A stretch of 64,000 nt of DNA from Catajapyx aquilonaris (Eukaryota). Location of the stretch: the NCBI GenBank assembly GCA_000934665.2, contig JYFJ02002012.1:1-64000 (forward strand), read 5' to 3'. The position numbers and the translations under genes were made by a program. Positions 38,847 through 53,230 of the stretch are shown in pieces. The stretch's first letter is position 1; each line of letters starts with the position of its first letter. The notes beneath the pieces were generated by a model. It had not been told where the DNA came from and searched no databases. It saw only the letters and a program-made list of their open reading frames with translations.

Positions 38847-39929
38847 TTTTAACATCTCTCAGTGTAGTTCAAATTCTGAATGTCATAAATTAAAATGTTA
38901 TTAAGTTATAGGTTTTCCATGCAAATGCATGATCTATACTTTACGGGTAGCCTATAAATTTATGTATTTGGAAATTATGATCGTCATATTATCTTGAACA
39001 AAAGCAATTTAGTCTATTACAACATACCCATCTGTGCTTTGCGAATTAAAATACTTCTTGATAATGCCAATTTATCAAGGATTAAGGATCAAGATTCAAG
39101 CGATTAGTATTGACTCACATTTGTCATTATTTTATGGAACGAGACGGGAAGTTAAAGTTAAAAAGCAATAAGAGCTTACTAAACTATTTAATGCGGCAAT
39201 GTCCTTTTTAAGAACAACACACAAACATATAATTATGCTAAATATTTGCCTTTCATGCGCCCTTCTAGTGTCATTCACCCTTAAAACAATTTCATTAACC
39301 TTTGGGCGAATATTCCCCAGTTTAAGAGGCATTGAGTTAAAACACTGAATAATAATACTACGATATTCGCATACAATGCATGCCACTCTCCGAGTTATGC
39401 AATGTATTGTTCATACATGCACAATCACATGCAAATAAATGTAACTGATCGGCGTGAAGAAGAATGCAATCAACATTTACACGCCTTAACTATATTGTAC
39501 TGTTTTGGCCAGTACGTAGCAATTGCGTTTTACTCTGTGTCTGTGACAACCAATCGTTTAATCCCCATTAATTTGTCTGGGTCTAGTTAGACTATGGTGT
39601 TACCTTGATCATTTTCAAATTTACTTGCACATGTGCACGTGTCGTCTGGATATTTCAGAATCCTGTAATGATTACAAATATATATATTTACGAGTGATAT
39701 TGGTTGATTACAACAGTTGCAGCTCATCGAAGCAGAGAGGAAAAGATCTACGATGCTGACTGCGCTTAAGGGCACCTGATTGCACCCAATTGAATGACGG
39801 TTGATGGAAAGATGTTGGAAGTCGTATCCTCTTACTGAACATTGCATAAGGATCGGAGTCTGTAACTTTCCGAGCCGTCAAATTGATTTGGAGAGAGATC
39901 ATCTTTGGGCAGAAGAGGATTGGGCCGCA

Positions 39930-42213
39930 ATGGGGCTGCACTTCAACGAACTGATGGACTCTGTCGGAGACTTTGGGCCATGGCAATGGCGAGTGATGAT
40001 AGCCTCGTATCCAGCAGGTATACTTCTTCTGTACCATCACCTGTACCTTGTCTTCGGCGGGGCTATTCCGGACCACTGGTGCTCGGTGCCGGAGTTTCAG
40101 GGGACAAACTGGACCCTGGATGATGTCAAAAGGGTGTCAATTCCCAGGTAATTTCTGTGACATCCAAGGTGCGAATATGAAGTCATACTCTTTCAACCTT
40201 CAGGGAGACTTACGGAAGCGGTAACAAGTACAGCAAATGTCAAGTGTTTGTCAGAAATTACTCCGCTCTTGCTTCCATGGACACCGAAGATGTGGAAGAT
40301 CCAGGGGATGTCCCGATTGTCAACTGCCACTCATGGCAGTACGACAAGTCGGTCTACGGCAACACAATAGTGTCAGAGGTATGTGATCCATTCTACAGTA
40401 ATTTTTGAGGCAATAAAATATGAGCTTGGTTTTTACAGTGGGACCTGGTATGTGATCGACTACCATTGCTCTCCAGTGTAAATATGTGGTACATGATCGG
40501 AGTTTTATTCGGATCACTTATATTCGGAGATCTTGCAGACAGGTAAGCGACGACATGTATGAGCATTCAGCAGAAATTTATAGAGTAAGTTTTATTTGTG
40601 ACCGGACACGTTTTTCATCTTATACTACGCACTTGTATGATTAATAATATGATCAGTCTGAAGCATTCTCCAAATATTTATGTTCCAACACGTATACAGG
40701 TATGGAAGACGCACAGCATGCCTCGTTGCAACTGTGATGACCATAGTCAGTTGTGCAGCCTCCATCTTTTCTGTCAACCTTACCATGTTGAATATTACAC
40801 GATTTTTCGCTGGAATGGGTATACACGCTCTTGCCACAGTCGTCTTTCTTCTTCGTAAGTTTACCAATGAAAAAATGACACTGATTTGCCTGCAATTTAT
40901 TATGACATTCTTGTTGTCTTCAGTGCTCGAGATGATATCAGACCGTAAAAGGACAATGGTAACTTTTATACAAGACACGTCCACTGCAGTAGGAAGAGGC
41001 ACATTAGGGCTGGTAGCATACATGTTTCCTGACTGGAGGCACTTTCTCATTGCAATTTCCATACCCGTTCTCTACTCGATAACGTTTTATTGGTGAGTAT
41101 TTATTGTAGCCGTATTAATGTATCATTTATTATAAATTAACTGTAAATAGGATAATACCAGAATCACCACGATGGTTGTTGATCAATGGTCGGCATGAGG
41201 AAGCTCAAAAGTTATTTGAATATGCTGCTCGAGTCAACAAAGGCAAAGCACCTGATCCGGATCAGTTGGTCTCATTTGCTAAAGAAGCAGAGGAACAACA
41301 GGTAATTTGCAGCTTTAGGAAAGGCCTATACACGTCTATGATAATCCTGTTCATCCACAGAAATCTGGCAAAGATCTTGACGAGAAGAAAGGTGGCATAT
41401 TTTCAGCGGTTACAAGACAAGCACTTTTATTCGTGAAGACACCAGAGATGCGCAGTAGAGCAACTAAAAATTTCTTCCTATGGTTTGCAATCGGAATCGT
41501 AACCTACGGGACCATATTTGCTTTCAACGACCTTCCCATGGACCCGTACATGATCCATGTTCTGAATGGTTCAATCATTCTGGTGGCCAGAATATGCATC
41601 ATATTCTGGCCTCTCCCTGACATCATAGGTCGTCGAATGTGCTTTGCTGCCTGCTTCCTCATTGGAGGAATAGCTGAACTACTCATGATCGCAGTTCCTG
41701 AAGGTACAGCATGTACAGGGTGTCTCATAATGATTCAAACAGCCACCAAGATTTTTTTAAACTTTGACAGTGCACTATACCCTGTAGCCGTGCATTGTTG
41801 TCGTTTCAGATTGGCCTTCGTTGGCAGTCACTCTGGCTTTGGCCTGCAGCATTTTTGTATCAATGCTCTTCACTCTCATCTACCAGTACACCTCAGAGCT
41901 GTTTCCTACAGAGGCCAGACAGACTGCTGTTGGTCTGGGTTCGACCGTTTGTCGGATTGGAGCAATTTTAGCACCTTTTGTTGTCCATCTTTTGGTCAGT
42001 CAATTGCATATTGCTGCCCATTATGAGAATAACAATTTTTGGTGTTTGCAGGGCGGCCAAAGCGGAGACGTCCCTTGTGCAATTTTTGGCAGTGTGGCCA
42101 TTGCTGCAGGAATAGTGTGCCTCTTTTTGCCAGAAACTCGCAACCAGTCCTTGCCTCAGACGGTTCGAGAACTGGAAGAAGCCAGAATTAAGCGCAATAG
42201 CAAGCCAGTGTGA
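39930..42213 (+). CDS. SLC22/Orct-like transporter, copy C
   Basis: Exons 39930-40147, 40204-40378, 40439-40542, 40700-40854, 40924-41092, 41151-41301, 41361-41703, 41810-41994 and 42052-42213. Motifs GDFGPWQ, PDHWC, ADRYGRR, PESPRWL, SELFPTEARQ and LPETRN. Confidence 0.93.
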
Positions 42214-43877
42214 AAACTATTTCATGTGAAGAACTTGAAGTTGATATGCTGCATGATTAGCGCCCTCGAGTTGCGCGGCCTTCGGTTACGTAAAGTGCTT
42301 TCCATCAATGTCGGCCAGTGTAAAGCGTATGGAAAATAAAGCACTAAAATCTCATTCGCAAGTTGGCCATTGATGACAACGCGTGTTTTTGTTACCATAA
42401 CCTTGTAGCCTGCTGGGTGATACGCCGTTTCGTGTTGTTTTCAGTGACGGTGTGTAAATTACTTCCTGGCTTTTCTCAGCCATCCAGGGTTGAAGTTTGT
42501 GGAATGGAGAACATAAATGGAAATGTAACAATATTTTTTTATATAATATATAATGGAAATTCCAAGCTGGCTAGACAATTTTTTTGTAATGTGAAAAGGT
42601 GTGGCATGACACTGAAACAGTTAAAGACATGAAATTCATTGTGCGAGTTACGATTGGTGCGTGATGCAGTCCTTGACGCGTACTTTCTAATAGTCAGATC
42701 CGATCAGTAGTCTCATTGCAGAACTAGAAACATGCTTGCAGAAATATTCGTAAGCTTAAATTCAGACTTGAAAATTCACACATAATGCGACAGTGATCAC
42801 CTATCATTTAAAATATCCTCTTCTTAATTAATGTATTCTTGATTTCTACAACAATAATATCAAATTTACGTAATTACCCTTTTATTATTTTTCTATGAGG
42901 TTCATGGCTGTAGGCCTACTCCCAAAAACCCAAACGGGTATAACGAAATGTAAATATTAAAATAAAATAACAATTCTGTTGCCACTGATTTATTAAAACA
43001 TGTAAACTTCCTCAAGGCCAACTTCCATGCAGCCTTCGTTTCTTGGTGGTCATGAATTAGTCTATTCATTCCTCTCATAGCAGGAAATCTGTCCTCAGCA
43101 CTAATAGAACTCTGAAGGATATACCCTCATATTAGCTGAAAGTGTAGAAAGTTTGAGTGCTGTGAAGAATCTGAGTGGTGTTTCCCCGTATCTGACCCGA
43201 ATATTTCAATCCTGTCATCTCCGTCTCACGACCTGCGTTACTGACGCATGGGCTCAGTGTGTGTGGCATATGACGTATGCGAAGAAAACCGGTACGGCTG
43301 CGTATACAGAGAAGCGACTATTTCCTAGAAAACAGGATCCGTTATTTTATTTCCTGTTTAAAAATAAGGTTCCGGTTTTATCCTGGCAATGACGCAGATT
43401 AGTATGTATTGTCGTGCAATATTTTGAACTCAGAAGTCCTGGGGCAATGTCTTATATGTAACACCGGACGTTTTGCTGATAACCAAACAGGACACTGCAT
43501 GCGTCCGATTTTCAAGGTAAATTCCCCGAAAGCCATTGCTTTTAAGAAATTTTTACTTTAAAATAGATCAACTAATCCAACTGTGTATAAAATACACTAG
43601 CTGCTTCTGAGGGACTTTAGTTCGTTGCGCGCGCAATTCCAAGACACTTCAAATAGGCGCATGCGTTGTTTTTTTTGTTGTTGTTGTATTATTTTGCATT
43701 GACATTAACGAATGGAAATGAGAGGAATTGTGTGGCTCGTATGAGTGGCAGACTCTTTTCATATCGGGGTCTCAGACCAGACTATAGGGTACAGCCATAT
43801 CCGGAATTCAGTGATATTATTTGGAGTGAATATTACTGTACGATACATATTGGAATCTTGACTATAAGAAGAGCCAA

Positions 43878-46800
43878 ATGCTAGCTGCTGCAGAGGATAA
43901 ACCAGAATCTCCTCAGGCGAGAAGGTAAGTCGTACAACGAGTTCCTGATTATGCAATATTAGATAATTTTATGGACTGGTCTAGAAGCATGGCTAAATAA
44001 TTTGCATTGATGACACTAACCCAATCATCAGGCAATGAAATGCTGGACTTCAAGCTCCTCTGGGGATATTCATTGATCATTACAACAATATTGGAGTACC
44101 GGTACCAGACAAGTTACTAACTAGAAATATTGCTATATTATTATGATTGTGTTGCATAGCGTGAAGGATGTTGATATGGAGTGAAAGACCTTGGTTCAAG
44201 GTTGTCTTTTGTCTGTTCTTCATTCTTCCCTTATGCCATTGAAACACTTATTTATACTTTTTATTTTTATAATTTCGACGTTACCTGCTCAGTTTGAGAA
44301 TTACAAATGGACATTATCTTGTTGCGTTGATACATGACAGATATACCTGTATTTGCAAGGCAAAATGCATGTTGGCATAAGTGCGACATTTCCAAAAACA
44401 TCTTAGTCACGGTCGCGAAATTTCCAAAGGTACCTTGAAGATGATTGCAGCTCTCAATTTAGGCTAGCATGTAAAAAAAACTCGGCAATTACCACTAACA
44501 TTCACACAATAGAGAACGTGCTGTAATCAAGGCCTCTGAGTATGTACAATTCTGCGTAGTCTTGCATAATACTGGATCCGTATCGCTCACTGATTGCAGT
44601 TGTGTTAAATTATGCCGGAAGGTTATCAATGGGGGTCTAATAAAATGCCTTCTATAAAATGTGTCAACAGAATGAATGATGATGGCTCTTTTGAGGGCCT
44701 CCTAGCGACCACAGTGGGTGAATTTGGCCGCTATCAGAAATGTTTGCTGGTGGCCTGCTTAGCTGTGACGATGCTCCTGGGAATCAACCACGATGGATAT
44801 GTGGTGCATTCAGCCTCGCCCAAACATTGGTGCAAAGTGGAAGAGCTCAGCCGCACCAACTGGACCAGAGATGAGATCATGCAAATGAGCATCCCCAAGG
44901 AGGAGGATGAAAAATGGAGCAGCTGTTCTTTCTACGACCGAAACTACACCCATTTAAGTGATCTCGGCTATTACGAAGCTTCGTCACTTGTGGCTAACGA
45001 CACATCGACTGTTCCATGCTCTTCCTGGAATTACGACAAGTCTCTGTTCATGTCCACAACTGCAACTGAGGTAAATTACACCTTGCAGTTTGGAAATGTT
45101 GGAATTACAGTAATTGTTGTGAATTTCAGTGGAATTTGGTGTGCTCCAGTGCTGCGCTGCGACCTACCATCCAAGGGGTGTATATGGCAGGAGTACTCAG
45201 CGGAAATTTTATTATGGCTCCGATATCTGACAGGTAATGCTTCATTGTGGGTTTAGCATCTCACTTTTTATTGAACACCATGAATTTTCAGCAACGCTGG
45301 TTCACTCAGTTTCAAAAACGTGCATCTGAGGACAGAAACATGATTGTACGTAATGTGTATCACCTGTCGTAATGAATGATGCGTGACTCACTTACCAGAA
45401 ACCGACCATGAGCATCAGTCATAGTATGTAGGGTTTTGACCAGTGTGAGGGTGGTCTTCACAGCGTCTAGAGTTTCTTTTACAAGCGCTTTCCTGACGTA
45501 GTTGGCTCTTTCCCAGTGCCAATTTCGCAGCTCCTTGTAATGCATCCAAAACATTTCGTGCAATTTGGAGGTATCTGCTGACTCCACCAATTTCAAATCG
45601 TCAGGTCGAGAGCAGTAGGCTATGCTGTAGTCTTCCTTTAGCATGCTCTCCGAAGCTCGCATCAGCATGTACCCAAGGTTTCTGCAGCGTTTCAAGTCGC
45701 TCTCAAAGCGCTAATTAATAATAATAATATATATTACATTTAACAAAAATTAATACGATGTCACAACTCATCAGGAACTATTGAACACAAGATGCTGATG
45801 ATTTAAAAACATTTATATCACCTCATCGTAGTCGTTTGGGTTCCTTCGACTGATTGTCATTGCGAGGTACCCTATTACTGAGGCCAGTTCGGCGACAAAT
45901 GCCTTTTGGATTTTGTGAACTTGTTCTTCAATTACCACATCTCGAACAATGTGGCAGGTTTTCATTCCAAATGTGTGCTTCAATTCCTGTGAAAAGGATA
46001 GCGTGTTTTATTGCCCCAGGCTCGCACACCAATTTGCATATTTGGATAAGAGTCACGATGCTTTACCGAAAGGTAGTTGTCGGAGTCTCTCTGAACCTTG
46101 CGGTTATTGAGCTTCTCTGTCTTGGTATGTCCTAATATGTTCGTCAGATCCAGGGCCAGCGAGTCAGTGAATTTAACGTAGCTTTCAACTTTCTAAATGA
46201 TCATTAAAATGCACGTTATAAGAATTTAAATGGAGATTAAGAAAATTTTTGGGATATTCAAGTGCTGGGAATTTAATGCCATTTCTCCTCACAATTACTA
46301 AGTAATCAGTGAGAGAAAACTTAACTTGATCGATTTTAAATATTTGCTATTCATTGTTACAAATATTGTTACCATACTGAAACCGATGTTCTGGATATAC
46401 TACGGCATGACAATTTTTCTTCACGACTGAATTATTCCGCATGTTCAAGGGCCTATTAGTTCATACCTCTGCCGACAGTGCCTTGGGTTTCTTTGCAAGG
46501 CTCTTCAACTGGAAATTCACGCACACTTCCAATCGTATCAAAATATCAGAATGATTGGTGAGGATTGACTGCACCTGGAGGTCTTCTCGAATGTCATCAA
46601 AAGGAGCCACTTCTTTGTTTTCCTTTATTAACTCATTCAACAACTCCTGAAGTGAAAAAAGCAGCACATTTTGAACATTGCATGTATACAGTGTATACAT
46701 GTCGGCCTATCGTAATATTACTGAGGTCTTACCGTCATCTCTGGCAAAAGGTCGCTGGCACTCTTGAGCAGAGTCCAACAATCGATTGAGTCCTCATCCA

Positions 46801-48651
46801 TCTTGAACTTGAAAAAACTGTTTTACTTATCTGGGTGTAAAATCAGAACCCGAATTCTGACCAACTATACTGATATAGCCGACAATAATAGAGGAATGAC
46901 ACTCAATAGTGTAACCCTAGAGTTGCTAATAAATAAGCAAGTGTAGCCAAAATTTCTGAGGCTGATGTACTAAATAAATTCCTGGCAACTTATGGATGTA
47001 ATTGGCGGTATGTTTCTAAATGTGAGAGTTTATAATTCAGAAGCCATTTTCATTTTTTCAGGCTAGGTCGTCGAGTAGCTGTGATGATTTCGTTGGTGCT
47101 TCTGATATTTGCCAGCTTTGCTTCAGCCCTGGTGCCTTCATATGCAGCTTTCGTGGCCATGCGTTTCTTTGCTGGTGTCGGAGTCATGGGTTCTTATGCA
47201 AACACCTACATTATTTGTGAGTAAAGTGCTGATAAATGGAATCTCCTCAAGTTACATATTATTGAGATTCGAACTTATATTCCGTATACAGTATTGGAGA
47301 TGGTTGGATTACCTCAGCGAGTTAAGATCGTCTTCTTCTACGATGTTGGAGTGGCATTTGGAATAATGGTGCTCTCGGGGTTGTCGTATCTTCTGCGGGA
47401 CTGGAGGACATTGATGCTTACCATTGCTTCTGGGTGCTCTCCCCTCCTCCTATACTACTGGTACGTAACAGCATGTGTGCATCTGAGGTCCCAAACTTAA
47501 CCGAATTTTATTCAGGGTCATACCAGAGTCTCCTCGTTGGCTGCTGCTTCATAATCGACAAAAAGACGCGGAGAAAATCCTCAGAAAAGCCATCAAATGG
47601 AATAAGATGGACGTGACTGACGAGGAGCTTTCCTCCAAGATATCTTCTCTATCACTTGATAAAGTAATAACACCTGCTGATGCATGACTTTGTGGTATTA
47701 CAATGTGCATTTCTTAACTTCAGGCCGGATCTTCAGTGTGTTGCAACGGGCTTTTGGGAGTGGTGTCGCTTTGGCGTACCCCTGAAATGAGAAGTCGAAG
47801 TTTCAAGATACATATGGCTTGGTTGGGAATAGGAGCAGCAGCTTTTGGATCAACTTACCTGGTCACTGGACTGCCCATCAGCCCTCACTTAGCAATGTTT
47901 GCATACAGCTTTGAAGCTATGATTGTTCGCATCCTTTTCTTCAAGCCTGTCTCTAAATTGCCAAGAAGGAAGGTGTTTGCAGCAACTTTTATTGGACTGT
48001 CTCTGTCACTTGTTAGCTCATTGTTTGTACCTTCAGGTAACATCTTGTACATTACACTTACGTGAGCTGGCCACTAATGTAGAATAATATTCATTTCAAC
48101 AGATTTGCCTTGGTTGGGATTTGCAGTACTTCTGCTATCCAAGATGTTCATAGCTGTCATTTTCAGCACAATTTACCTGTACACTGGAGAGCTATTTCCG
48201 ACTTCTATAAGAAGCTCAGCCATTGGCGTTGGATCAGTGTTTGCTCGCATAGGTGCCATTCTTGCGCCATATATTGTGGCTCTCCTGGTAGGTTTGTGTA
48301 ATTTATAGGCAAAAAAAAGTATTGCTTACTATAAGGGCAATTTCATTTCAGTCGCCGTATCATAGCGCAATTCCAGGAGGGATATTTGCAGCTTTGACTA
48401 CATGTGCAGTTATCATGGCCCTTCTCCTTCCTGAGACAAGAGAAGAGAATCTTCCAGACACGATTGCAGATGTTGAGAATTGGCGTCAGCGTAAGAGAGG
48501 GTTAGTTGAACAAATGCCTTGGTTATCAATGTGTAGCTAATTATGCGTTGATAACGTTGCATAAATTCATATAAGATTACGAGAAAGCTAATGTAATTGC
48601 ATGATCCTTTGCAGGATAGCCGGTGCTGGAAGTGGAGACGATGCTTTGTAA
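43878..48651 (+). CDS. SLC22/Orct-like transporter, copy D (host of a nested antisense gene)
   Basis: Exons 43878-43924, 44671-45070, 45130-45233, 47062-47216, 47292-47460, 47516-47663, 47724-48036, 48103-48287, 48352-48500 and 48615-48651 (or read-through to a stop at 48540). Motifs GEFGRYQ, SDRLGRR, PESPRWL and GELFPTSIRS. Confidence 0.9.
45302..46801 (-). CDS. Nested antisense gene, ~292-aa protein of unrecognised family
   Basis: Six exons 46801-46733, 46646-46467, 46192-46067, 45986-45822, 45710-45396 and 45325-45302. All introns are GT-AG and phase 0, with no internal stop. Minus-strand AATAAA at 45272-45267. Confidence 0.78.
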
Positions 48652-50428
48652 ATCTCAGGGATGATTGCTGCCTACAAGAGGAACCAGTACAAGAAGATAT
48701 TTTTGTGGCCATACATTATAATTTTTTAATTTGACAATGATGTTATTACGCTTATGAGCCTTCAAAGGCAATCATGAATATTTCTAAGACATTTTATAAA
48801 CGAGGACAACTATTTTTATTTTGTTGCATGATGTTGTACAAGTATGTAGTACACATGTACACGTAAAATGCTGCATTTTTGATATATTTTTATTGGTTAC
48901 AATCGTAATATGACCTTTTAAACGTTAAGAGCATGTTCTCATTACTACTTTTTATAGCAAGTTACTACAGTGAAACACGACTAAATAAAATACCCGGGAT
49001 GCAATCGAAAATGATTAGTTATGGTATACATTTGCATAACCCAATCGCTTGTGTATTTCTTCCATATAAAGCTGAAGCCTGTTCATGTGGAAAATTTTTG
49101 TGAACAGGACCTTATCCTTTTAGAACAAAAAATAAATAAATCTACACAATATGATCAGTCATCTGATAATGAACAAGATATTGGAATACGGTATACTCTG
49201 CATATTATTTTTCTGGAAGCTGGCAGTAATTTGCCTCGTTTCAAAATGTAGTAAATATATCGTATAGAACTACAAATATACGATATCTTACATTTTTCAT
49301 AGGACCTTAGTTAACTTTAACCTTAAGCTTAAACTTATGTTAAGTTGGAGTAACCTAATAGCTTCAAATTGTTTTCGGAAGAACCTTTGACGTCATGCTC
49401 ATGTATGAAGTAATTGAAGAAATCATAAACGTATACAGTATGGGACATGCAATCATTCAATTGATTCGGTGCTCCGAATCTGCTGGTTTAACTGGCGATG
49501 CCGTAAGTCATCCAGCACAGTAGATCACCAGTGCAGGGAGGTAATATGGCTATCACTAGCACTAGTGATCCAGATGATCCTCCGGAGTCAAAAAGGTAAG
49601 AAAATACTCGTCTGATACAGGTTATCAGTATCAATATGAAAATGTAAAGTAGTATACTTGTCTGTAGGATATTACACAAATGTGTAATACTCGTGCGAAT
49701 TTGAACGATAATCAAGATGAGAAACAAGTCTGAAAAAATATCTGAAAGAAAGTGTAGCACTTGTTATGTCTGCGGTTTCATGGTGACGCATTATAATTAC
49801 CTGTCCATGTCAATCATTTTGCTCGTAATTGGTATATTTCTGATGGTCTTCATGGAGAACATTTTATGACCAGTAAAAGTAGGCTTACTAATATGGCTCA
49901 CTTAGCACTTATATCACATGTTGGTCTTCACTATTAAGACGCTGGTGATAAGAATGTCAATATTATCCAGACATCAAAATCCCAAATGTTATCTCGAGAC
50001 CATAGACCTCCAATATCACTTGTTTTCAGGCTATCGTGGCCCAAGTGAGGGGTATAGTGTTTTGACTTAAGGCTGGTTGTACCAAAGCAGGTAATACTGG
50101 GAATGATTGATGTTTTACTGATTACTGTTTGGCACATAATAATTACTACATACTAGGCATATTTAACAAGAGAGGGGTTCGAATATTTCAGAGTATGGTG
50201 CAACCTGGAATACCAAAGTGATTTACTGTAAGAAATCATCATCAAACATTACTCCGTATTATAAATATTTCAGACGAAACGCTTTTCTCGAAGTCACGTT
50301 TCATTGATTACATAACTGAATTAGAAAGGGTAAATTGGTAAATGTAACCAATCAATTCATTTGTGGACATATTGGCCCAGAAATCCTTGCGTTCAACACC
50401 TCTAGCAGATTCGTAAAGAATATATCAA

Positions 50429-53230
50429 ATGTCTGCAAGAATAATCCGGGACGGATCACGTCCTTATTCAGAAAGGTAAGGTAATAAGTATATGAATATA
50501 AAATGACACATAAATCTGCAATTATAAAATGAGATAAAACTCACTATGTATGTTTATGGAGTCCCAAAATGTTGCTTTTTATTTAAGCCCAGGTGATGGT
50601 TGCTCTTTTGAAGAAGTCCTGTCATCGACTGTGGGCGAATTTGGTCTGTATCAGAAAGTGCTTCTTGCGGCATCATGGGCTGTGACAATTACTCTGGGAA
50701 TCAACCACTACGGATATGTGGTGCACTCTGCCTTGCCCAATCACTGGTGTCAAGTGGATGAGCTCAGAGACACCAGCTGGACGCAAGATCAGATCATGGA
50801 AATCAGCATCCCAAAAGAAGGAGACAAATGGAGCCGGTGCTTTTTCTACCAGAGAAACTACACCCATCTGAAGCAGTTCAGTTTCCTCGAAGCTGTGACA
50901 ATGGTCGAAAATGTCACAGCCCCAACTACCTCTTGCTCTTCTTGGCACTATGATAATACATTCTACTCCTCTACTACCACAACTGAAGTAAGGGACCTAT
51001 ATTGTACACCATACCGGTACATTAATTAGTCAGTAATTATTAATAATAAACATCATTAGAAAAATCATAAAAACACATTGATACAACATATAAAGAGAAC
51101 TTCTATTTGAATTGTCACATTGAAAATTTATTCCATCGTGACTCTGGTTATTCTGAAATAAGTCAAGATCTTATTTAATTTTGACATCAAACACATACCT
51201 TTTTTGATAGCTTTTATTGAATAACGTTACGTATTCATTCCAATATTTCAGTGGAATTTGGTTTGCTCCCATGAGGCGTTACGGCCTACAATTCAAGCAG
51301 TGTACTTATCCGGCGTACTCGTGGGAAATTTAATAATGGCTCCTATTTCTGACAGGTTTGTAATAATTTTTAATTTAACTTTAAAAAGGTATCATGTCAC
51401 TTCATTTCACTCGAATTAAAAATAGCAGCATTTTATTCTCACTCCGCTGTAAATAGGCCTGCACATTATATTTCTTGAAGGTTGGGACGTCGTGTAGCAG
51501 TATTGTTGTCATTGTTCCTGATAATAATAGGCAGCTTTGCCTCAGCATTGATTCCATCCTATGGATTATTTTTACCTCTTCGTTTCCTGGCTGGCATTGG
51601 TGTTATGGGATCGTACGCAAACACTTACATTCTATGTACGTATGTCTTTGTTAGTTGTTATTATTTCCAGTTGTGTCTAATGTCCCATGTGCCTGGTTTG
51701 GTTTTAGTGTTGGAGTTTGTGGGGTTCTCTCAGAGGATAGCAGTTACCTGCTTTTATGATATGGGAGTATCAGCAGGAGTCATCATGCTCGCTGGAGCAT
51801 CATATCTTATGACAGACTGGAGGACGTTGTTGTTGGCCACAGCCATTGGGACCCTTCCACTGATTCTGTATTATTGGTAGGTCACAAACACAACACGTCT
51901 CCAGCAATTGCAGTGCATTCAATATTGCAGGATTATACCAGAATCTCCACGTTGGTTGCTTCTGAAGAGAAGGCAAAAAGAAGCAGAGGTCATCCTGCAG
52001 AAAGCCATCAAATGGAACAAACGCGACGTGTCAGACGCACAGTTGTCTTCTGTGCTGACAATCCCCGTCGAAAATGTAAGCATTTGTCGCCAATCAACTT
52101 CTTCATGACGCAAGTGGGTGATGTAACCACTGCGTTATCTCAGCTTCCTACAACATCGCTAGATGGCAAACACTAGTCAGATTCATGCCTAAATGCAGTG
52201 CTAATGTGATTGAATGGACCTGTGACCCTTGACCAGTTTGAATTTTTGGCACAGACAAAGAAGCCCAGATGTGGGATGGGACTTTTTACCTTATGGCTCA
52301 CACCTGAGATGAGAAGTCGTAGCCTAAAGGTGCACGTAACATGGTTGGCCATAGGAGCAGCCTCCTTCGGGTCAACATACTTGATCGTCGGATTGCCCAT
52401 CAGCCCTCATTTTACCATGTTGCTCTACAGTGTTCAAGCGATCATCATACGGCTGCTTCTTTACAGACCTATTTCCAAGCTGTCAAGGAGGAAGGTGTTT
52501 GCAGCGTCATTCATTGGATTGTCGCTCTCACTTGCCTGCTCATTATTCATACCTGAAGGTCAGCACCATTGCTTTGATTGCTGTTCTGGGTTTACCATCT
52601 CAATGTATCCTCAGAGTTACCATGGGTTGGGCTGGCAACTCTGATGGTGTCCAAGATGAACATATCTATCAATTTCACCGTGATTTACCTCTTCACCGGC
52701 GAACTGTTCCCGACCTCAGTGAGAAGTGGGGCTATTGGAATAGGATCTGTGCATGCACGTATTGGCGGTATCTTTGCACCGTACATTGTGGCGCTTCTGG
52801 TATGTCTTACATTCCATACCAACTGCTCATGATGATGGGAAACATTTATAAGCCTGTCATGATGCTGGGGTGTATTTCTTCAGGTGCCGTATCATCGCGC
52901 AATTCCAGCAGCCATATTTTCTGCACTTAGTGCTTGTGCAGCTGTTATGGCTCTCCTTTTGCCAGAAACCAGAAGTGAGAATCTTCCGGATACGGTTGCA
53001 GATATCGAAATGTGGCGTCAACGTAAGCATAAGTAAGAGAGGAATTCAGAGTTATTATGATTGGTTCTATTAGTTATTTAGGTCAGTAATATATAACTAC
53101 CATAATTTCCTATTAATGTCACTACCCTCTAAAATATGCCAATTATTTTTATATACTGTATTATGCTTGTTTTATTTCCAGAGCAGAAAAAGAAGAGCCA
53201 GAAGAGTTGGCACTTTCTCCTCAAAAATAG
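50429..53230 (+). CDS. SLC22/Orct-like transporter, copy E (closest paralogue of D)
   Basis: Exons 50429-50475 (or 49546-49595), 50588-50987, 51252-51355, 51481-51635, 51708-51876, 51931-52075, 52255-52558, 52615-52799, 52884-53032 and 53182-53230. AATAAA at 53241. Confidence 0.9.
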
